41,756 bases of DNA, from positions 15,629,782-15,671,537 of the forward strand of contig NC_068985.1 in assembly GCF_001194135.2 (NCBI RefSeq), in the 5' to 3' direction. Under the pieces are notes generated by a model. That model searched no databases. It was given only the letters and a program-made list of their open reading frames with translations, and was not told the origin of the DNA. Both the position numbers and the translations under genes were made by a program. This DNA comes from Octopus bimaculoides (taxonomy: Eukaryota). This document shows, one piece after another, positions 33,870-41,756 of the stretch (the stretch's first letter is position 1; each line of letters starts with the position of its first letter).

Positions 33870-34078
33870 CGAACTTTAGCTGTGATGTCAAGACATCCCG
33901 TTCGTTTGATTCCGATCTTAACATGACCTTCGTTCTCCATAACAGCATAAGAACTGGCTGTGAATTCAACAACAGCTTTGTTGCCATGGTCACTTAGGTC
34001 ATCGGGTGTTTCGCCTTTGAGACTCGTTCTTGATTCTTGCACACACTCGCGTCCACCTTGCTGGATGCCAAGGAAGAT
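33870..34078 (-). CDS. NCX: Na+/Ca2+ exchanger (SLC8/NCX family) internal exon: cytoplasmic linker plus start of Calx-beta domain 1
   Basis: Not in the ORF track. Acceptor catttcag|ATC at 34079/34078 and donor CG|gtgagt at 33870/33869; 209 nt = 69 codons + 2. Reads IFLGIQQGGRECVQESRTSLKGETPDDLSDHGNKAVVEFTASSYAVMENEGHVKIGIKRTGCLDITAKV-R; VEFTASSYAVMENEG..IKRTG matches the Calx-beta N-terminus (cf. NCX1 FFEQGTYQCLENCG..IIRRG). Confidence 0.9.
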
Positions 34079-34995
34079 CTGAAATGATCATGTGAAATAT
34101 ATTTAAAGAAACATATGAGGATATTAAATGAAATATATGAAGATATTAAAAGATATATGTGAGGATATTAAAATATAGATATGAGAATATTATATTGGGA
34201 AAAATATTGAAGAAAATATATTAAGAGAAAAATGCTTGAAGACAAGAAGTGAGAGAGAAAGAGAGAGTGTGTGTGAGAGAGAGAGAGAAAGAGAGAGAAG
34301 CTAAAAAAGATTGTAGATAATGAGATAGAGATAAACAGAGAATGAAGGAGAAGAGACTTAATGGGGAGAAAAGAAAAAAGAGAAACGAGAGCAAAGAAAA
34401 TAATAATTAAAAAGTAAAGTAAAAACAAAATAATGTCAAGAAGTAGAAATAGAATAGAATGAAATGAAGAAAGAAAGGAAGAGAGGAAAGAAGAAATAAA
34501 GAAAGGAAGAAACAAAAAAGGAAAGGAAAGATAGAGAGAAAAAATAGAAGACCGGAAAAACGTAAGAAAATGAACGGAGGAAGAAAGAAAGACAAAGGAG
34601 GAAAGAGAGGAAGAAAGACAGAGACGAAGTGAGATAGGAAAAAAGATTGTAAGAAAGAAAGGAAGAAGAGAGAAATGGAAATTAGTAAGCTACGGATAGG
34701 ATTTATGGTGTAAAGAAATATAGATATTAAAATATATGATTAATGATAGAAATTAGAATTATGAGACACGTTCTGCACTGGTGGGAAAGTTGGATATTGA
34801 ACAGTTAAATAACGGCTGGCATAATAATAAAGGTCTTTGGTTCTTCAGTAAATGATGTACAGTTGTCTCCCCCTATTTATATTCTATTTATCATATGTAA
34901 TAATATTTATTACTAGTGATGGTGCTCCAGCATGGTCACAGCCTTTGGACTGAAACATATAAAAGAATCTGTGTGTGTGTGTGTGTGAGTGTGAA

Positions 34996-35028
<33 letters not shown>

Positions 35029-35256
35029 CACAATTTTGTGAAAAATAGTTTCATTGGTTGCAGGTTCCGAGCACACCAAGTCACTGGTTCACTACGCTTA
35101 TGATGGCGAGCGTAGTAAATGCGAATCTGAGTTAAGTCAAGTAAAATACAGGCTGGGCAAAGTATTTCCGTTTGAAAGCACCAGTTTATCGGTTTTGTCA
35201 ACGTTGTTTACATATTTCGCCAACGTACATTACCGGAAGATACACCAAAGCGCGTG

Positions 35257-35321
<65 letters not shown>

Positions 35322-35623
35322 NNNNNNNNNNNNNNNNNNNNNNNNNNNNNNNNNNNNNNNNNNNNNNNNNNNNNNNNNNNNNNNNNNNNNNNNNNNNNNN
35401 NNNNNNNNNNNNNNNNNNNNNNNNNNNNNNNNNNNNNNNNNNNNNNNNNNNNNNNNNNNNNNNNNNNNNNNNNNNNNNNNNNNNNNNNNNNNNNNNNNNN
35501 NNNNNNNNNNNNNNNNNNNNNNNNNNNNNNNNNNNNNNNNNNNNNNNNNNNNNNNNNNNNNNNNNNNNNNNNNNNNNNNNNNNNNNNNNNNNNNNNNNNN
35601 NNNNNNNNNNNNNNNNNNNNNNN

Positions 35624-35670
<47 letters not shown>
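35257..35670. repeat. (CA)n microsatellite spanning a gap
   Basis: Direct reading. Confidence 0.9.
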
Positions 35671-35673
<3 letters not shown>

Positions 35674-35739
35674 TAATACAAAGAGCCATTTCAGATAAAG
35701 TGAAATTAATGGCACCATCTCTTCAAATAAATTATTACG

Positions 35740-36480
35740 TCAGCTTGTAACTAGAAAATAAAAACAAGTTATTCGGCGAATGGAAGATTGAAAGATCCGA
35801 ACTAGTGTTTGCAGGGCTATGAATTTGCCTGCATCGACTCAAAACAACGTTCTTGAAGAAATTAGAGACATGAAAAGAATTCAGTACACCAAACTTCTTG
35901 AGTAAATGCGACGTACGTCAGTTGCTCTCATGTAAAAATAGTGAAACAAACGAAAATATTTATGAAATATAGTGGATGAAATACTTGAACTAGAAAAAAG
36001 ACATTGCAATCAGTCAAGCTATCACCTTTGATAAGACAGAATCTATTTTCGTTGACCTGAAGGAGAAAGGGGGAGATGAAATATTTGCAAGTACTAAGGT
36101 TTGGTTGGTAGGTTATAAGGGTCGCCTCAAGTGTCATGGCGTTAAAATAACTGGTAAGGCGTCAAGTGTAGATATCGAAGTAGCTAAAGTATTCTCTGTA
36201 CACATTGTTCAGAATAGTAAAAATCCTTAGACTCTTATTTTCATATTGATAGGACAGTGTTATTACATTAAAAGAAAATGGCTTCAAGAATCTCTTTTGA
36301 TATAAAAGACCGTACTAGAATTAATGGCTGCCAATAACAAACCAACACTTCTAGTTGGTGGCAATGTTTCAAGAAGATTTAAACTGAATCCTCTGTTGGT
36401 CTATCATTCGCAAATATTACGTGCATTGAAAGGGCTTAAGCAGTTGTCTTTCTACTGGATGTCAAGCAATAAAACGCATG
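35740..36480 (+). mobile_element. Tigger/pogo transposase remnant (CENP-B HTH plus DDE_1), pseudogenised
   Basis: Pieces QVIRRMED..RAMNLPAST, HGVKITGKASSVDIEVA, KKMASR and AANNKPTLLVGGNVSRRFKLNPLLVYHSQILRALKGLK match Tigger HxxKxxGEAASAD / DRxTLLLGGNASGDFKLKPLLVYHSxNPRALK. Confidence 0.8.
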
Positions 36481-36516
36481 CACTCACACGTATATTTACT
36501 TACATGCATATAACTT

Positions 36517-36626
36517 TTTTCTTTTATTTGTTTCAATCATTGGACCATGGCAATGCTGGGGAACCGCCTTGAAAGGTTATAGTCGAACGAATTACCCCCA
36601 GTGCTTATTTTTTAAAGTCTGGTAAC

Positions 36627-36672
<46 letters not shown>

Positions 36673-36905
36673 GCTTGTCTGTCTGTCTGTCTATGTGTGT
36701 GAGTGTGTGTGAGTGAGTGTATGTGCTCGGGCGGGTGCGTGTGCATGTGTGAGGCTAACTTCCGTACACATTCATTTTACCAAAGTCCACAAACAAGATA
36801 TCGGTCAACTCAAGACTGTTAGAAAACTCTTCCCTAAGGAGTCGAGGGTCGTACAGTGGGATTGAACTGGGAACCACATAGTTGTGAAGCGAACTCTGCA
36901 CACAC
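36517..36905 (-). mobile_element. SINE family B with internal compound microsatellite
   Basis: 3' tttgtttcaatcattggaccatggcaatgctggg, internal (CTAT)n(GTCT)n(GT)n, 5' cagtgggattgaactgggaaccacat. Confidence 0.75.
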
Positions 36906-36959
36906 CTATGCAAGGACTTTGTTTTATCAAGAACTGTTTTAACAGGTTTCCCGATGCAT

Positions 36960-37280
36960 TATTTTGTCAGGCTTCACCGTGTCACAAATGTGGAGATTCT
37001 GAACAGGACGAGGTCCGGAATAATGCATGAGATTATAGCAGAGCGTCAATCTCGCCTGGCTGGTCACATTCTCCATCTAATTAATTTACATCATTCGGAA
37101 GCAGCCATGAGTTTGATACCACCTGACGGGAAGCGTAAGAAGAGCAGTTTGAAAATCACTTAACGGTGAACATTTCAAGATGATCTGAAGCCAGTCAACG
37201 TTACGAAGTTCGAGCAGTGCAGGCGGACCTAGAACTAAATCACGTACTCTGTTGCCAAGTTTAACCATCTGCTGTTTGAC
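36960..37280 (+). mobile_element. RTE-clade LINE 3' fragment
   Basis: HRVTNVEILNRTRS..EIIAERQSRLAGHIL..PPDGKRKK..TFQDDLK matches the RTE C-terminal pattern SNEEV..RRLRLAGH..GKRKRGRPK.TW. Confidence 0.75.
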
Positions 37281-38439
37281 CATGTTTTATCATATACTCT
37301 ATCTCGTCTCAGAGAACGAATGTAGCCTTTTAATAACACTAGAAAATAATTCTACGAAAAAATCACGTTGCTAATGTCTCCTAGCATATAAAAGCATATA
37401 AAATCCTAGCAGTGTTGCAGTTTTTTGAAACGTGTTTTAGATATTTAACTATGTGTCCATACCGATATGATATTTATACCAGTACGTCTTTGTTTTTATT
37501 TTAGACAGAGGTTGAAATGTTGCTGTTGGAGATAAGATACGATATTTTTATTAAAGTACAAACGAAGTGTCACCAAAGTAATAAACTTTCCAACTAGCTT
37601 GAGCTTCCACTATACACTGGGGATTGGTTGCGTGCAAGAGTGTATAGAAAGACTGCCCCCTTTTCACACATACATAGAAAACGAATATAAACACACGCAC
37701 ATACACACACATATATAGCAAAGGAAAGAGTAAAGAAGTAATAAAATGATTTGATGTACACTCAAATATATTTATACAGAATAATATCAATATCTGTGTG
37801 TTCTTACGAATAAGCTTTCATTGTCAACGTATTTCCTCAGACGACTTCTGTATTGGAAAACAAATCTTTATAACACCATTATATATGTAATCTATTGAAT
37901 ATTCTATGAAACACGCACTCACACAAAGAAAAACTTGCATGCACACATATACATTCGCATACATATCTCGTTGTAAAGCAATACCAACCCCTCAGTAAAA
38001 CCAGCAACCAACTAAAGCTATTTCGTTTGTTCTCTTGCATTATTAACTCACTACTCATGTGGACATACGAATGATTACATTGAGACTATGTTTACTGTAA
38101 AGAAATTTCCAGTCGACTTCCCATTGTTATTATAATGATCATACACTTTTCCATAAAAAAGCCTCTATTTGTTTTTGTCAGCAGAATAGCGAAGACAGCA
38201 GCAAAATATTGGTAAATGGTCGAACAATATAAACATGCATTACATGACTCCCTGATGAAGGAATTCGCTTCACAATTTCTCTATTATAAGCTGAAAGTAA
38301 AGTATGATCTTTGGAGTAAAGTATGATCTTTGGAGACTTCTTTACTGAGAGTTTTGGAAGAATATATTAAAATTTCAATGTCACAATTATGTCAATAAGG
38401 TCTGTTGTCCGAAATAATCTATGGCCGATATATGTTTTT

Positions 38440-38590
38440 ATCTTTTACATGTTTCAGTCATCTGACTGTGACCATACAGGAGCACCGCCTTGAATGATTT
38501 AGACTAAGAAATAGACCCCTGTACTTGCTTTTTTTTACGTCTAATATTCAATCAGTTACTTTGTCGAACAGCTAGGTTATATGGACGTAA
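38440..38590 (-). mobile_element. SINE family B, 3' fragment
   Basis: ttttacatgtttcagtcatctgactgtgaccatacaggagcaccgccttgaa. Confidence 0.65.
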
Positions 38591-38799
38591 ACAAACAGCA
38601 CCTTTAAGTTCGTTTATGTGAAGCGATTTTGAGTGCGCTCATAAAAATCTCCCATTATATTTATTTCAGCTATCGTTTATTATTCCCACGTACGCAGCAA
38701 GGATTTATGAATTTCCATCCAAAAGTTCTAGTTATGTATGTATGTATATATGTATGTATGTATGACTAGGAGAACAATGCCTGTCATCGCCACAGATGG

Positions 38800-39146
38800 A
38801 GGAAGCAGGTTAAGAAGGGGATCGACAGTTTTGAGAGAGCACGTATCCAGCATGAAGAACTTAAGCGAGAATAAGTCCTGGGGTCGATTTGTTCGACTAA
38901 AGGCGGTGCTCCAGCATAGCCGCAGTCAAATGACTGGCAGAATCGTTAGCACACTGGACTAAATTCTTAGCAGTATTTCTCTCGTCGCTACATTCTGGGT
39001 TCAAATTCCGCCGAGGTTGACTTTGCCTTTCATCCTTTCGGGGTCGATAAATTAAGTACCAATCAAGTACTGGGTGTCGATGTGACCGACTTTCCCCTCT
39101 CCCACAAAAAAATTCAGGCCTTGTGCCGATAGTAGAAAGGATTATT
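38800..39146 (+). mobile_element. SINE B 3' fragment joined to a SINE A copy
   Basis: ..aaggcggtgctccagcatagccgcagtcaaatga|ctggcagaatcgttagcac..ggccttgtgccgatagtagaaagg. Confidence 0.75.
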
Positions 39147-39272
39147 TAGAAAGAAGAGGGAAGCGATGTTTGCCCTCGATCGTCCCAACGGAATCAACTG
39201 TACTTTTCGCATTTCCAAGACCGATAAAATAAGTACTAAATAGCTGCTAAGTTTCATTTACANNNNNNNNNN

Positions 39273-39580
39273 TCGTGGTAAGTGTATTTGGCCCACGATC
39301 GTTAGGTCGTGAGTTCAATTCCTGGCATAAAGTATTTTGCGTAAGATACTTTATTTCATGCTGCTCCAATCCACTCAGTTGGCCAAAATGAGTTTTAGCT
39401 GTAATTAAAAAAGGGTCAGCCTTGTCACATTCAGTGTCACGCTGAACCTCCCTGAGAACTACGTTAAAGGCACACATGTTTGTGGAGTACTCAGCCACTT
39501 GCACGTTAATTTCACGAACAGGCCGTTCCATTGATCGGATTAACTGGAACCCTCGTCGTCGTAACCAACGGGGTGCCAGT
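39273..39580 (+). mobile_element. tRNA-derived SINE, family C
   Basis: Shares ccactcag..gagaactacgttaaagg..cagccacttgcac..gatcggat..ccctcgtcgtcgtaa with 9700-10027. Confidence 0.8.
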
Positions 39581-40425
39581 CATAAGCTTTAAAAATGCAT
39601 CCTGACACTGCCTAGGAGCATAGCGTAGTGGATAAAGGCGCTAACTTATACATACATGCACAGATATATAAGCATATAAAATAGTTTCAAATCTATAATA
39701 CATGCACATACAAACATATTTACGCACATACATTACACACACACGCACACAAACACATAAGCACGAACAGAAATACCCACCCACCAACACACACACACAT
39801 ATATATATATATTGTTCCTGTAGATGTATGTCAGAGTCTATATTTATAAAAGTATACATTATTTACGCGTATGTCGTTATACATATAAACGGCAAGTCTG
39901 AACATGTAAGTCGATCTTGTAATTCCCGCCTAAGAAATGCTTAGGTACATAGCAAACTACATAATTGCCGATGTTTTTTTATGTGTGCTTTCATTATGTC
40001 CCAATAGCAAACGGTAAAACTCTCTGACGTAAATGCAACGGACAATCGTTATTTGTTTTCACATGCAAAGAAACGAAAACATAACAAAACTCTTGTCTCA
40101 CTGAACCTGTTATATCATCCGTAAAAGGTGATTGTTTATTACTTAATGACCAATGCACTAGAAACATTCTAAGGAGTAGTTTATCTTATGAAACCCTCAA
40201 CTATTTCGAGTTTAAAGTGAATTTCGACGAGCCAACGAGGGGAGCTGCTGTTCCTAATTCTTATGGATCTAGAGTTGCCGGACCTGTTGGTTGCAGTAAA
40301 TCGAACTCTGACGTGTTAACAAAAGGAAAGGACATATATATACGTAAGGAGAGACGTAAACAAACTAGTTGTCAAGTAGTGGTGGTGGTGGTGGTGGGGA
40401 CAAACATACGCGCGTGCGCATGCGC

Positions 40426-40590
40426 GACGGGCTTCTTTCAGTTTCTGCCTGCCAAATCCACTCACAAGGCTTTAGTCGGCCTGAGGCTACAATAGAAAGC
40501 ATACTTAAAGTGCCTCGCAGTTGGACAGAACCCAGAACTATGTGGTTTGGAAGCGAACTTATTATTACAAAATCACCCCTACGCCTATTA
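40426..40590 (-). mobile_element. SINE family B, 5' half
   Basis: gacgggcttctttcagtttctgcctgccaaatccactcacaaggctttagtcggcc. Confidence 0.8.
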
Positions 40591-40925
40591 TTCACTGTTA
40601 TCTATATTGGAGGTGACACATCTGGTCAAGGCATGTGGCTGGCGGCGGGCATCTGTCGTTGACAAGGCGCGACAAGGCCGAACTGCATCTGACATTCTCG
40701 CTAGCCGCTACAGGGTCGAATTTTCGTCTTTCTTTGAAATATATTGCGGTTTTAGCACAGCATATCCATGAGAGTTTTTACCTCCGACGATAACCGCAGC
40801 AACCTGCCAGTCAACGGTGTGTATACATTAAGTATGGTGCTTAGATGGCTATTTTAATTTGATACTGCTTCAATGGCATATACCTGAATATTTTCTTTTA
40901 TATGTTCCATTACTATGTATACAAG

Positions 40926-41330
40926 TGCAGATGTAGCTATGTGGTAAGAAGTTTGTTTCCCAACCGCATGGTCCCGGATTCGGTCACACTGCATCGTACC
41001 TTGGGCAAGTGTCTTCTACTATAGCCTAGGGCTGACCAAAACCTTGTAAGTGAATTTGGTAGACGGAAACTGAAAGAAGCCCGCCGTTTATACACACACA
41101 CGCACGCACACACACGCACACACACACACGTGTGTGTGTGTGTGTGTCTGTTTTTTGTCGCTCACCATCACTTGGCAACTAGTGTTGATGTGTTTATGGC
41201 CCCGTAACTAGCGGTTCGGTGAAAGAGAGTGATAGAATAAGTACTGGGGTCAATTCATTCAACTAAAGATCCTTCAAGGCGGTGCTCCAGCATGGCCGTA
41301 GTTTAATGACTGAAGCAGATAACTGATAAA
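40926..41330 (+). mobile_element. SINE family B, full length
   Basis: tRNA-like head gtagctatgtggtaagaag..ccggattcggtc, body ttgggcaagtgtcttctactatagcc..gacggaaactgaaagaagccc, internal (CA)n(TG)n, tail aaggcggtgctccagcatggccg. Confidence 0.85.
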
Positions 41331-41589
41331 AATATACACCGCTTTTGTATTTGGTTTGCAAGATTCTTGATGTGAATACGTGTGTTGAAACAGGTTTTGT
41401 TATATCTCAGGAGGATCATCATGCAAATAATCGACACATTCACTGGTGCATGTGTTTATTGTCAGTATAATGATTCTCCAAGATACAATAAAGTTGAAAT
41501 AAATATTTTCATTTAAAAATCCGTTCGTCATATTTCTAGCGATCACCTCTTCCGCATTACAAAATCGAAAACATTCTCGCTTCCCAATC

Positions 41590-41712
41590 ATGTGGCCTTG
41601 AGTTCAGTCCCACTGTGTGGCACCTTGGGTAAATGTGTTCTACTCTATCCTCGGGCTGATGAAAACCTTGTGAGTGAATTTGAAAGTTGGAAACTGAAAT
41701 ATGCTCATCATA

Positions 41713-41720
<8 letters not shown>
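41590..41720 (+). mobile_element. SINE family B, 5' part
   Basis: gagttcagtcccactgtgtggcaccttgggtaaatgtg..ccttgtgagtgaatttg..ggaaactgaaa. Confidence 0.75.
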
Positions 41721-41743
<23 letters not shown>

Positions 41744-41756
41744 GAGGTTTAATTAT

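Noticed and set aside
34005-34040. Hairpin followed by GGCGAAAC on the minus strand, hammerhead-like
   Set aside because: No CUGANGA half, and it lies inside the NCX coding exon.
38252-38300. CTGATGAAGG core-like motif (similar CTGATGA matches near 311, 6166, 8555, 30270 and 32960)
   Set aside because: None is followed by a stem II, GAAA and stem III/I arrangement.

Overview
AT-rich, microsatellite- and SINE-dense eukaryotic genomic DNA with short N gaps. The repeat content suggests a coleoid cephalopod such as Octopus (inference, not a database match). The only host-gene signal is two minus-strand exons (34078-33870, then 27615-27374). They splice in frame (GT-AG, phase 2) into the first Ca2+-binding Calx-beta domain of a Na+/Ca2+ exchanger (SLC8/NCX family); I found no further exons. 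The rest is non-coding: about 25 tRNA-derived SINE copies of several families, Tc1 and Tigger/pogo remnants, Tigger-type and foldback MITEs, a small Helitron nested in a MITE, R4/Dong, HERO and RTE LINE fragments, and many simple repeats. The most notable unannotated signal is a type I hammerhead ribozyme with an intact catalytic core at 2701-2774 (minus strand, same strand as NCX). It lies in a ~310-bp unit bounded by microsatellites, a candidate retrozyme or Penelope pLTR. A second, minimal Penelope-type hammerhead with a core mutation lies at 105-141. All family assignments come from recalled motifs and manual reading; repeat boundaries are approximate unless a TSD or splice site is cited.
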